This document shows, one piece after another, positions 1 to 9,527 of a DNA stretch of 64,000 bases. The notes below the pieces were generated by a model. That model ran no database searches. It was not told the origin of the DNA and was given only the letters and a program-made list of their open reading frames with translations. Both the position numbers and the translations under genes were made by a program. Each line of letters begins with the position of its first letter. The first letter of the stretch is position 1. This DNA comes from Alphaproteobacteria bacterium. Its GTDB lineage: Bacteria; Pseudomonadota; Alphaproteobacteria; Bin95. Location of the stretch: contig CBFIAF010000020.1 in assembly GCA_965660545.1 (NCBI GenBank), positions 97-64,096 on the forward strand, in the 5' to 3' direction.

Positions 1-39
1 GCAGAGGGGGGGCGGCGTCAATCAGCGGCCAAGCAAGGG

Positions 40-927
40 TTAACTGTTGTGGCGGCGGGACCAGAGGATGTTTAGGTAGCTGGCGGCTAGGATGAGCGCG
101 CCGCCGGCCAGGGTGAATGGGTCCAGGCCTTCCGAGTAGATCAACAATCCCGCAATCGCCATTACTGGAAGCTGCAGAAAGTTGATTGGCATGACGACAC
201 TGGCGTCAGCCATAGTCAATGATTTCGTCATGCAGTAATGGGCTGAAAGACCACAAACGCCCACTAGCAACAGCCAAGGGCAAGCCGCCCATACAGGAGT
301 TTCAATTTGGCCCCCCATCAGCGCCAACGCGATGAAAGACTGGATCGCCATCATGAAGAATACAACGCGCAATGGCGGTTCCGTAGCTGTCATCGCCTTC
401 ACCATGGTGATCGAGACTGCGTAACAGAACGCGCCGAACAGCGTGACACCTGCCGCCAATTCAATCGGAATAACACCTGGGCGAAGCACCATAATGACGC
501 CGAGGAACCCGCAGCCGATGACCATAGCGCGCGGCCAGGTCAATCGCTCACCGAGGAACGCGACGGCAAGCGTCACTCCTAAAACTGGCGTCGTCGAGGT
601 CAGCGCCGTCACATCGGCCATCGCCAGATGGGCGATGCCATAAAACCAGCCGAACTGGCCGCAAAAATGGATGACATTCCGCGTTAAATGCGCGAATGGT
701 CGACGTGTCGTGACGTTGGTCAATCCGCCTGCAATCAACGCAGTCGGCAGGATCAGAACGACGCCAATAGCACTGCGGAAAAACAGCACTTCATAGGCGT
801 CATATTCAAAGGCACCTTGCAGCTTCCGACCTGCGACCTGCATGAAAGCAAAGCTGGCAACAGTCGCAAGCATCCATAGAGCGCCCGCTACGGGGCGGTT
901 TACGGCAGGCGCTAAAGGTGTGGCCAC
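40..927 (-). CDS. DMT-superfamily (EamA-like) membrane transporter
   Basis: 295-aa ORF, hydrophobic throughout with about 10 predicted helices in two EamA-like halves. It abuts the next ORF with no gap. Confidence 0.7.
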   Translation of the reverse strand: MATPLAPAVNRPVAGALWMLATVASFAFMQVAGRKLQGAFEYDAYEVLFFRSAIGVVLILPTALIAGGLTNVTTRRPFAHLTRNVIHFCGQFGWFYGIAHLAMADVTALTSTTPVLGVTLAVAFLGERLTWPRAMVIGCGFLGVIMVLRPGVIPIELAAGVTLFGAFCYAVSITMVKAMTATEPPLRVVFFMMAIQSFIALALMGGQIETPVWAACPWLLLVGVCGLSAHYCMTKSLTMADASVVMPINFLQLPVMAIAGLLIYSEGLDPFTLAGGALILAASYLNILWSRRHNS

Positions 928-1875
928 TTAGTCTAGAATTCGTGCAAAGCGGGCAGCGCGCTGGCCGCCTTTGGAACGATGATTCGGCATTATCAGCACA
1001 CAGTTTGCATAAGGTGTGACGACGGTTGCGTCGCCATCCTCAGCCACTGGCGTTCCGGCTTTCTCGAATTGCTCACAGCCAACAAAGCTCTCGACGAAAC
1101 GGAAATCATTGCTGATCGCGGTAACCCCGTGGGTTACTTCCATCACGACCTGGGCTGGTTTGTCTTTTCGGTGAAAATGCTCAGCCGCATCGTCAGCGGT
1201 CATAATGCCTGTCGCGACCAGGAAATGCAGCGCTGTATTCCGGGCAACTTCGCCGGTGGCTTTCGCCCAATGTTCACCGCATTCGACCAGCATGGCCGTC
1301 TTGTCGGTCTCAGTATCGTCAAACGGAGTGTACTCGATAATGCGCTTGCCGGGCGCGTAGACGGGTCCTGCCGCGACATCTGCCGGATAGCCCGTCTTAC
1401 GAGACATGGCAATGTGCTTGTCCAGATTGTTGATCAGCATTAGCGGCGGGGAGAATGACGTCATGGAGTGAATGTCGAGCAGGTCATCGACATCATCAAA
1501 CACCGGGCGCAGTTCTCGCCCGCGCACCAGTTCCGCCGTCCTAACATCGCTGTCCAGATGCTCTTCCGTCCAAATCCGGTTGAAGTCTTCATCCACAAAT
1601 CGGGAGGCGTATGGGTCAGTCGGGTCAAACCGCTCGAAGGCTTGTATGTTCACAAAGCCAAAGCTGAGCTTGCCCGCTTTAGGGCGCAGATTGAGGCCGA
1701 AAAGATAATCTAGCGCAATGGCACCGCAAATCTCATTGCCGTGGGTCAGCGCCGTGATCATCACGTGACGGCCTGGCTCACCGCTATCCCAGGTATGGAC
1801 GTAATCTACACCCGTTCCGCCATCGCGGTATTTGCGGAGATCAGGCGCTTCGAGTTCGACGACAGGGGTTGCCAT
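928..1875 (-). CDS. Succinylglutamate desuccinylase/aspartoacylase (AstE/AspA) family zinc hydrolase
   Basis: 315 aa. An HGNEICG motif about 45 residues from the N-terminus is typical of this family. Confidence 0.65.
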   Translation of the reverse strand: MATPVVELEAPDLRKYRDGGTGVDYVHTWDSGEPGRHVMITALTHGNEICGAIALDYLFGLNLRPKAGKLSFGFVNIQAFERFDPTDPYASRFVDEDFNRIWTEEHLDSDVRTAELVRGRELRPVFDDVDDLLDIHSMTSFSPPLMLINNLDKHIAMSRKTGYPADVAAGPVYAPGKRIIEYTPFDDTETDKTAMLVECGEHWAKATGEVARNTALHFLVATGIMTADDAAEHFHRKDKPAQVVMEVTHGVTAISNDFRFVESFVGCEQFEKAGTPVAEDGDATVVTPYANCVLIMPNHRSKGGQRAARFARILD

Positions 1876-1953
1876 GGCGTTGGCTCCACTCAGGCTTCTC
1901 GTTCTGGGGATTCTAATCCTGGCCGTGATTATGCGCCTTTGGCACTCCCCGCC

Positions 1954-3252
1954 TCAAGCCTCACCAAATACCCGGGCAAAGATAGTATCCACGTGCGCCA
2001 TCTGGCATTCAGGATCAAAGGCGGCGTTCAAGGTGGCTTCCGGTACGCGGTCCACCACTGCGGGGTCCGCCTTCAGTAGTGTGAGGAAGTCCCCGCCCTT
2101 TTCCCAAACCTGCATTGCGTTGGACTGGACGATCCGATACGCGTCCTCGCGGGATACACCCGCTTGCGTCAGCGCCAGCAGCACATGTTGCGAATAGGCA
2201 AGGCCGCCCAAGCGGTTCAAGTTTGCAAGCATCCGGTCTGGATAGATCAGCAGCTTTTCGACCATGCCAGCCATGCGATTCAACGCAAAGTCAAGTGTGA
2301 CAGTGGAATCCGGCCCAATCATCCGCTCAACGGAGGAATGAGAGATATCCCGCTCATGCCAGAGCGCCACGTTCTCCATAGCCGGCGTTACAGCGGCGCG
2401 GACGATGCGGGCGAGGCCAGTCAAGTTTTCGGACAACACGGGGTTCCGCTTATGCGGCATGGCAGAGGAGCCTTTTTGGCCCTGGTGGAAGAATTCTTCG
2501 GCCTCCAGCACTTCTGTGCGCTGCAAGTGCCGCACCTCAACTGAAAACCGCTCAATGCCGCTGGCGATCACGGCCAGCACCGCGAAGAACATCGCATGGC
2601 GATCCCGCGGGATTACCTGGGTGGATACGGTTTCGGGCTCCAAGCCCATCGCCTCCGCCACATGTTTCTCAACGCGGGGATCAATGGACGCGAACGTGCC
2701 GACGGGGCCAGAAACTGCGCAGGTGGCAATTTCCGCGCGGGCAGCCAACAGCCGCTCCCGATTGCGCGCGAACTCGGCATAATGACCAGCCAGCTTGATG
2801 CCAAACGTCGTTGGCTCCGCGTGAATGCCATGGCTACGGCCAATGGTGAGCGTTCGCTTATGTTCAAACGCACGCTTTTTCAGCGCCGCCAGCACCCGGT
2901 CGACGCCTGCCAGTAGAATATCACTGGCACGCATCAGCTGGACGGATAGGCAGGTGTCGAGCACATCAGAGGACGTCATGCCCTGATGCACAAATCGCGC
3001 TTCGGGCCCGACATATTCGGATAGGTTTGTAAGGAATGCGATGACGTCATGGCGCGTCTCAGCTTCAATCGCATCAATCCGCGCGACCTCAAAATTCCCG
3101 CGCTCCCATACAGCCTTGGCAGCCTCCTTCGGCACAACGCCAAGCTCCGCCTGCGCATCCATGGCATGGGCTTCAATCTCAAACCAAATCCGAAACTTCT
3201 GCTCCGGCTCCCAAATATCAACCATTTCCTGACGGGCATAACGTGGAATCAT
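1954..3252 (-). CDS. purB: Adenylosuccinate lyase
   Basis: 432 aa with ATG start. Begins MIPRYARQEM..IW and carries the fumarate-lyase signature GSSAMPHKRNP. Confidence 0.95.
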   Translation of the reverse strand: MIPRYARQEMVDIWEPEQKFRIWFEIEAHAMDAQAELGVVPKEAAKAVWERGNFEVARIDAIEAETRHDVIAFLTNLSEYVGPEARFVHQGMTSSDVLDTCLSVQLMRASDILLAGVDRVLAALKKRAFEHKRTLTIGRSHGIHAEPTTFGIKLAGHYAEFARNRERLLAARAEIATCAVSGPVGTFASIDPRVEKHVAEAMGLEPETVSTQVIPRDRHAMFFAVLAVIASGIERFSVEVRHLQRTEVLEAEEFFHQGQKGSSAMPHKRNPVLSENLTGLARIVRAAVTPAMENVALWHERDISHSSVERMIGPDSTVTLDFALNRMAGMVEKLLIYPDRMLANLNRLGGLAYSQHVLLALTQAGVSREDAYRIVQSNAMQVWEKGGDFLTLLKADPAVVDRVPEATLNAAFDPECQMAHVDTIFARVFGEA

Positions 3253-3302
3253 GGGCTTGGACTTTCTCTTGGAGGGCTGAGCATCGCAGTTCGCTACACC
3301 TC

Positions 3303-3322
3303 ATATTTATATATATTTATAT
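3303..3322. repeat. Perfect tandem duplication of the 10-mer atatttatat, followed by caatcaat
   Basis: Read directly: 3303-3312 and 3313-3322 are identical. It lies about 50 nt upstream of the purB start, in the purB/MOSC divergent intergenic region. Confidence 0.9.
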
Positions 3323-3665
3323 CAATCAATGCACTTTTCCGACCACGCCAGAAATTGTCGCGGTGATACGATTTATCGTACCTACAGAAAGCGCCTGAAG
3401 GGATGTGCAAGCCAATGTAGGAATCAATCCAAGCGCTAAGTTTCCAAGCTCAAACCGCCAAAAGATTTAATTCTGATCAAGCAAAGGCGTTTTAGCGAGT
3501 GAGCACAGTGTTACGAGACAAAATTTGGCGAAGTATTCTTGGTGAAATTTGCGGTCAAGCAATGGACGGTCTGGCAGCGCCTAGGCCCCTAACGTACGGA
3601 TAGGCTATCTATCCTAAATTCACGACTAGCTTCATCATGATATTTGGTGCTCACGATGCTCAAAA

Positions 3666-4313
3666 ATGCAAAGATCAGCCCTCTTCTTCGGCCCGGTGAC
3701 GATGATCGAGCTGCGAGGTCGCAACGCCCTCACATCCGACATTCGGAAAAGCGCTACAAACGAAGGCCATCTCAGCTCGTTCGGCTTCCCTCTAGACGCG
3801 AGCGCGCTTCCTGAGCATCACACGCCCGGCAAAGCCGTTCATCTGTTCGCCATAGAGAGCTATGCGGCGTTGGAGGAACTGTTGGGCCGCCCCCTGCCGC
3901 GCCCAGCGTTCGGAGAAAACGTTTTGGCGGGCGGTATTCGGGATGAGGATATCTGTGTGGGGGATACGCTGCGATTAGGCGAAGCGCGCCTAGTCGTGAC
4001 TGAGCCGACGGAACGGTGCCGGATACTAGGGACAATCTTCGGGCGAACCCAAGCTGCTGAACTGCTGCATGAACATGAAATCTGCGGGTTCTATGCCGCC
4101 GGCGCTGCCGAAGGCCATGTGCGCACAGGTGACGCCATCGAATTCATCAAACGCCTGCACCGGCTAATGTTCAAAGGCCTGGGTGACCAGCACGCCCTCG
4201 AAGCAACCTTCACATTACCCGCGCTTTCTGCAACCTGGAAAGCCCGCCTCGCCCTTATCCGCGGCCGCCATCAACGAGGCGAGCCACTCATTAGCAACCT
4301 TGCCGATTTATAG
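3666..4313 (+). CDS. MOSC-domain protein (YiiM-like)
   Basis: 215 aa. GENVLAGG..ICVGDTLRLGEARLVVTEPTERC matches the MOSC beta-barrel core with its conserved Cys. The start is uncertain (alternative Met at 3702). Confidence 0.6.
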   Translation: MQRSALFFGPVTMIELRGRNALTSDIRKSATNEGHLSSFGFPLDASALPEHHTPGKAVHLFAIESYAALEELLGRPLPRPAFGENVLAGGIRDEDICVGDTLRLGEARLVVTEPTERCRILGTIFGRTQAAELLHEHEICGFYAAGAAEGHVRTGDAIEFIKRLHRLMFKGLGDQHALEATFTLPALSATWKARLALIRGRHQRGEPLISNLADL

Positions 4314-4329
4314 ACGTAGCAACGTAAAT

Positions 4330-5463
4330 CTAAGCCCCAATCCCTTCCTGAAACAGCCGCTCGTATTCATCCTGGGTCGGTGGTTTGGGGTTGGTGGCAT
4401 GACAGGCGTCGGTCATGCAGTGGGCGGCTAGGGATGGAATCATGGCTGTAGTGACGCCCATTTTTCCCAAGTTAGCAGGCAGTTCTAGGGATGCGTTGAA
4501 GTCCGTGATCCAATCGGAGAGGTCGGCGCCCGGCTTTAAGCCCATGGCTTGGCGGAGTTTGGTGTATTTGTCGCCGACATGGTCTGCATTGAAGCGCAGC
4601 ATGGGCGGTAAAATGACGGCGTTTAGGGTGCCATGATGGGCGCGGAGTGTTGGGTCAGCGCCGATAGCGTGGCTCATGGAATGGACGGAGCCTAGGCCTT
4701 TGGTGAAGGCCATAGCGCCTTCGCTCGCGGCCATCATCATGTTCCAGCGGGCTTCTTTGTCATGCCCGTCATCCACCGCGCGGCGGAGATATTTGACGAC
4801 GCGTTCCAAACCATCCAAGCCAATAGCGGCGGCGGGCGGGTTAATGACGGGTGTCAGATACGCCTCAATACAATGGGCCATGGCGTCCATACCGGTCGCG
4901 GCTGTGAGGTGGCGCGGCAGATCGAATGTGAGCTCTGGGTCACAGATCGCCATTTTGGGCTTCAGTTCCGGGCTGACGATCACAACCTTGCGGCCATCTT
5001 CCGTCACAATGACAGACCCGCCGCCAACTTCACTGCCAGTGCCTGCCGTTGTTGGGATGGCGATGATTGGTGGAGATGGGCCGATGCGTTGGCTGCCGCC
5101 ATTTACAGCACTCCACTCATCAATCGGGCCATCGTGATTGACCAGCAGCGCCGTCGCCTTGCCAAGATCGATCGAGGACCCGCCGCCAAGCGCAATAATG
5201 CCGTCGCAATCATTCTCCCGGTAGAGCGCCACTGCTTCCCGCACTGCAGCTTCGGTCGGGTTGCCGGGAGTGCCGTCGAACGTCGTTACCTGCACATCAT
5301 TCGGCAACACGCCGCGAATTTTGTCAAAAATGCCGGTCGCAACGATGCCTTTATCGGTGCAGATCAGCGGGCGTTTGATGCCATTCCGCTTCAGCGCATC
5401 GCCCAGCACTTTGATCGCGCCGAAATCAATTTCCATCAATGTTGAGTATGTGATCGTGGCCAT
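4330..5463 (-). CDS. Iron-containing (group III) alcohol dehydrogenase
   Basis: 377 aa with the GGGSSIDLGKA nucleotide-binding motif and His-rich metal site (AMAHCIEAY, HSMSHAIG). It starts 26 nt downstream of the P450 pseudogene stop. Confidence 0.85.
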   Translation of the reverse strand: MATITYSTLMEIDFGAIKVLGDALKRNGIKRPLICTDKGIVATGIFDKIRGVLPNDVQVTTFDGTPGNPTEAAVREAVALYRENDCDGIIALGGGSSIDLGKATALLVNHDGPIDEWSAVNGGSQRIGPSPPIIAIPTTAGTGSEVGGGSVIVTEDGRKVVIVSPELKPKMAICDPELTFDLPRHLTAATGMDAMAHCIEAYLTPVINPPAAAIGLDGLERVVKYLRRAVDDGHDKEARWNMMMAASEGAMAFTKGLGSVHSMSHAIGADPTLRAHHGTLNAVILPPMLRFNADHVGDKYTKLRQAMGLKPGADLSDWITDFNASLELPANLGKMGVTTAMIPSLAAHCMTDACHATNPKPPTQDEYERLFQEGIGA

Positions 5464-5488
5464 CTCAGCTGTCCTTTAAGCGGTGCGT

Positions 5489-6670
5489 TTAAACAGTACG
5501 TTTTATCGGCATGGAAGTAATACCGCGAATGAAGTTGGAGTATAAGCGCTCCGGCGTTCCAGCCGATTCAAAACGCACGCCCCGCCCCAGAATTTTCTCC
5601 TGCAGGATACGCAGTTGCTATTCAGCCAGCCTATCGCCGACACAGCGATGAATGCCAGCACCAAACGACAAGTGCCGCCGCGCAATCTTTCGCTCAACGG
5701 AGAAGCGCTCCGGTGCCTCAAATACCGTCTCATCTGCATTGCCGGAGACGTAACACATCACGACCTTGTCGCCCTTGGCGATAGACTGTCCGTTAAACGT
5801 AGTATAGCTCAAAGGCCGTGCGACGCATATAGATCACCGGTGTTTGCCAGCGGATGCTTTCGGATACGAGTGTTGGGATAAGGCTGGCATCTGCGCGTGC
5901 GGCGTCGAAGGCTTACGGGAACTCTGCCATCGCCAGCAAGCCGCCACTCTTAGAATCCCCCATCGTGTCCTTCCCACCGACGATAAGTAGGAACAGCGTA
6001 CCAATAAATTCGGCCCGGTCCATATGCTTGATAGACGGGTCATTGGCCAGCATATTAACGACGTCGAAAACTTCCTGATCTTCGGCTCGCGCATCCCAAT
6101 AGGGCAGAAAAGCTTCGGCCATCTCCTGCAGCACGGCATAGCGCGCCGCTTTATCGGGAACAAGCGGGTTGGGGGCGTTCAGATTGGCGGTCGCAACGTC
6201 TGACCAATATATCAGCTCATGTCGGCGTTCTTAAGGTAAGTTGAACATGGTGGCCGGCATCATCGCCGTCAGGTCAACGGAGACTTTGGGGACCCAATCG
6301 AACGTCTCCCCAACTTGAATGCTGTCCTAAACGGCTGTAGTGCGCGCACGGATCATCGTCTCATATTCACGCAGGCTCGCGCGATTGGCGATGGGGGCGA
6401 CGGCGCGGCGGGGGCCGGTATGCTCTGGCGGGTCCATGGAAACGAACGCGGGGCGGTTATGCTCCAGCGAGATATCGTTCAACTATATGCAGCCAAGCCC
6501 TCCCTCCCTGGAGAAGACGCCGGGGTTCAGTTCGACTTCCATGATGTGCGCGTAGGATGAGACGGACCAGAACGGCCGCCCTATTTTTTTCGGCCCAACC
6601 GCATTCGGTGACAGATTGTGTGCATCTCAAAGCCGGACCAAAAAGGAGTTGCGTGATATCAGTAGGTTGT
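5489..6670 (-). pseudogene. CYP153-like cytochrome P450 (alkane hydroxylase family), multiply disrupted and 5'-truncated
   Basis: Pieces in three frames read as a P450: GRPFWSVSSYAHIMEV, MDPPEHTGPRR, I-helix [22 protein letters not shown], heme loop [15 protein letters not shown] and QLRILQEKIL. There is an in-frame TAG at 5618-5620, several other stops, and a frameshift at the T7 run 6584-6590. About 60-80 N-terminal codons are missing where the IS relic begins. Confidence 0.8.
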
Positions 6671-6699
6671 GATTCACCAGCTTTGTCAAGAAATGAAGG

Positions 6700-7566
6700 A
6701 TCGGATGGCCTGAAACGATACCGCTCGCGCGGAACATACGCGCAAGGCGGCTTGCCATCCAAGCGACATGCTGGATATCGAGTGGGCGCTGATAGCGCCG
6801 CTTCTGCCGGCAGCGAAGACTGGCGGAAGGTCTCGCAGCACAGACCTGCGCGAGGTGATGAACGCGATCCAGTACATCGGGTGAACGGGCTGCCAATGGT
6901 GGGCTTTGCCATAAGATTTCCCGCCGCTGACGATGGTGCAGGGGTATTTCTATGCTTGGCGTGACACTGGGCTGTTCCCGGTGATAAATCATCTTCTGAT
7001 GATCAGCGCACGGTAACTGGAGGGCCGCGAGGCCAGTCCTACGGCAGGCGTCATCGACAGCCAGAGCATGAAGCAGCCAAAAGTGGCAGTTTTTGTAGAT
7101 TCGATGCTGGGAAGAAGATCAAGAGCCGCAAGCGCCATATATTGACGGACACGCCCGGGCAGCTGTTGTTCGTGATCGTTTACGCCGCCAGCGTGCAAGA
7201 ACGCGACGGGGCATCAGGTCTGCTCAATGCCGTACGCCGCCGCTTCCCATGGCTGCACCATGCGTTCGCCGACAATGGATACCCCGGCGATAAGCTGCGC
7301 GCTGCGATCAAAGGTAACGGCGAATGGATAATTGAGATCATACGGGGTTCCAATGCCGCCAAGGGCTTCAAAGTCCTCCCCCGAAGATGCGTCGTCGAGC
7401 GCACCTTCGCCTGGCTCGGGCGTTGCCGTCGCCTCGCAAAAGACTGGAGCGCAGAATCGAAAGCTCAACCGCCTGGGCTTGGCTAGCAGGCCTACGCCTC
7501 ATGACCAGAAGAATCGCAAGATATTGCTATCAATCGTGAATTTTCGAGTTCTCGCTCTAAAACTAT
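6700..7566 (+). mobile_element. Degenerate IS5-family insertion sequence (transposase pseudogene)
   Basis: From about 6745 the sequence reads LDIEWALIAPLLP..TDLREVMNAIQYIG*TGCQW..VQGYFYAWRDTGL..LEGREASPTAGVIDSQS. After a frameshift it continues DAGKKIKSRKRHILTDT..RDGASGLL..FADNGYPGDKLR..VVERTFAWLGRCRRLAKDW. There are at least 3 in-frame stops and at least 1 frameshift. I could not identify inverted repeats, so the ends are approximate and the left end may be deleted. Confidence 0.75.
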
Positions 7567-8349
7567 AGGGCCAATAGAATGAGTGGGGGAAATTAAGAGG
7601 ATTGTTGTATTGATGATAAAATTTCTCCAGGTCCAGTGGCGCTAACATTAGCAAATTCTAAAACCACGCCGTCGCTTTCCGGGAATTTAGGAGCGCTTGC
7701 ATCATATTGAATGCTATTGCGCTGGTTAGCCGTTTCGGGTCGAATTTGGTGATCCTGTGCACTGCTCGACAATTCTAGAAGTGGCTACACCTGAATCGAA
7801 GAAACCCATCGACCATTTACCAAATACAAGAGCCTTGATAGGTCCCGCTCCAATAATAAAAGGATTCTGTTGGCAAGGAGCTGGCGCGATACGGCTATAA
7901 ACCGCTGAAACTTGTTCATACTCATGTTCCAAAACCTGAAAAAATAAGATTGATGCGAAAATAATGCGCCTGTCAATTCGTCACTTGGTTTTTTCTTACG
8001 TGTAGCACGCAAGATTTAGGCCACTTCTGCAAATACATTCTTGGTCGAAAAGTAAAATTTTGCCTCACTATATTAAACTGGCATTTGCACTTCTGACATT
8101 TGGTCCTCCTGCGTTGAAAAATTCAACACACCCAATTTACCGCGAATTAGTCGCAATTTAATTAAGCAATATTATTTATATTTTTACCTATTTTTATGAT
8201 TTTCATCGAAGATCAAATTTTCCGCAGGTTTTGGGAAAACCATGCGTAAGACCGGCTAGCAATAAACATCTGCGATAATTTGCGCCCATCTTCTATCCAC
8301 TCAATAACCGTGCCAAGCTTTCGGTCAAACAAGGTGAGGGGAGCAAGCT

Positions 8350-9393
8350 ATGACTGAAGCCGTTTCAACGAAGGTATCTGCCCGGGCGCGTACGGTGCCG
8401 CAGGAATGGCTGGACCAGAACCGGGAGGAAGCGCTGGAGCCTGATCTGCCGATCATTGATCCGCACCATCACCTCTGGGATTTCCCGATGTCCCGCTATC
8501 AGTTGGATGAGATGCTGGCAGATGCGGGGGATGGGCATAATGTTCGCAAGACCGTATTCATCGAATGCACATCCCAGTGGCGCGCGGATGGGCCAGAGGA
8601 AATGCGGCCCGTTGGTGAAACCGAATACGCCAATGGCATCGCCGCCATGAGTGCGAGCGGCGACTATGGCGATTGCCGGGTCGCCGCAGGCATTGTCGGC
8701 TATGCGGACTTACGCCTTGGTGGTGCGGTTGAGGATGTGCTGCAAGCCCATGTGAACGCAGGCGGTGGGCGGTTCCGGGGCACACGACATTCAATCTCGT
8801 TTGATCCCTCCCCTGCCATCCACAACAGCCATGTCGGCGCACCGCCGGATATGTATCACGACCCAGCTTTCCAAGAAGGTTTCCGCACGCTTGGCCGCAT
8901 GGGCCTTTCGTTCGAAGCATGGCTCTACCACCCGCAATTGGATGATCTGGCGTTTCTGGTCGATGCCTTCCCAGACAACGCCATCGTCTTGAACCATGTG
9001 GGCGGCCCCCTCGGTGTTGGCCCCTACGAAGGCCGCCAGAAGGACTTATTCCCGGCCTGGAAAGCCGGTATCGAGAAAGTGGCTGCGGCAGGCGACAATG
9101 TTTGCGTGAAGCTTGGCGGACTTGGCATGCCGGTCAATGGTTTTGGCTTCCAGGACCGCCCAGTGCCGCCGTCATCCCAGGAACTGGCAGATACGTGGCG
9201 TCCCTATGTCAAAACTTGCATTGAGGCCTTTGGCCCGAACCGCTGCATGTTCGAGAGCAACTTCCCGGTCGATAAAGTCAGCGGCAGCTACCGCACGTAC
9301 TGGAACGCATTCAAACGACTCGCGGCTGGTGCCAGCGACACCGAAAAAGCTGCGATGTTCCATGACGTCGCGGCAAGGTTCTACAAGATTTAG
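8350..9393 (+). CDS. Amidohydrolase-2 family metal-dependent hydrolase
   Basis: 347 aa. PIIDPHHHLWD at the N-terminus and a distal NHVGGP..FESNFPVD are typical of the Amidohydro_2 TIM-barrel family. GAGGGGAG RBS lies upstream of the ATG. Confidence 0.8.
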   Translation: MTEAVSTKVSARARTVPQEWLDQNREEALEPDLPIIDPHHHLWDFPMSRYQLDEMLADAGDGHNVRKTVFIECTSQWRADGPEEMRPVGETEYANGIAAMSASGDYGDCRVAAGIVGYADLRLGGAVEDVLQAHVNAGGGRFRGTRHSISFDPSPAIHNSHVGAPPDMYHDPAFQEGFRTLGRMGLSFEAWLYHPQLDDLAFLVDAFPDNAIVLNHVGGPLGVGPYEGRQKDLFPAWKAGIEKVAAAGDNVCVKLGGLGMPVNGFGFQDRPVPPSSQELADTWRPYVKTCIEAFGPNRCMFESNFPVDKVSGSYRTYWNAFKRLAAGASDTEKAAMFHDVAARFYKI

Positions 9394-9397
9394 AAAT

Positions 9398-9484
9398 TGG
9401 TCCGGGCGGCCGGACTTGAACCGGCACTCGCTTACGCGAAACAGATTTTAAGTCTGTCGTGTCTACCGATTCCACCACGCCCGG
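9398..9484 (-). tRNA. tRNA-Leu (anticodon UAA)
   Basis: Hand-folded. Acceptor CCGGGCG pairs with CGCCCGG, followed by discriminator A and encoded CCA. Anticodon stem ACAGA/TCTGT carries loop CTTAAAA. There is a long variable arm and the T-arm is GCCGG-TTCAAGT-CCGGC. Total length 87 nt. Confidence 0.9.
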
Positions 9485-9527
9485 GTTCAGCTCGCCCGCG
9501 TCGTCAAAGGCGTGGGCGCGAGCGACC

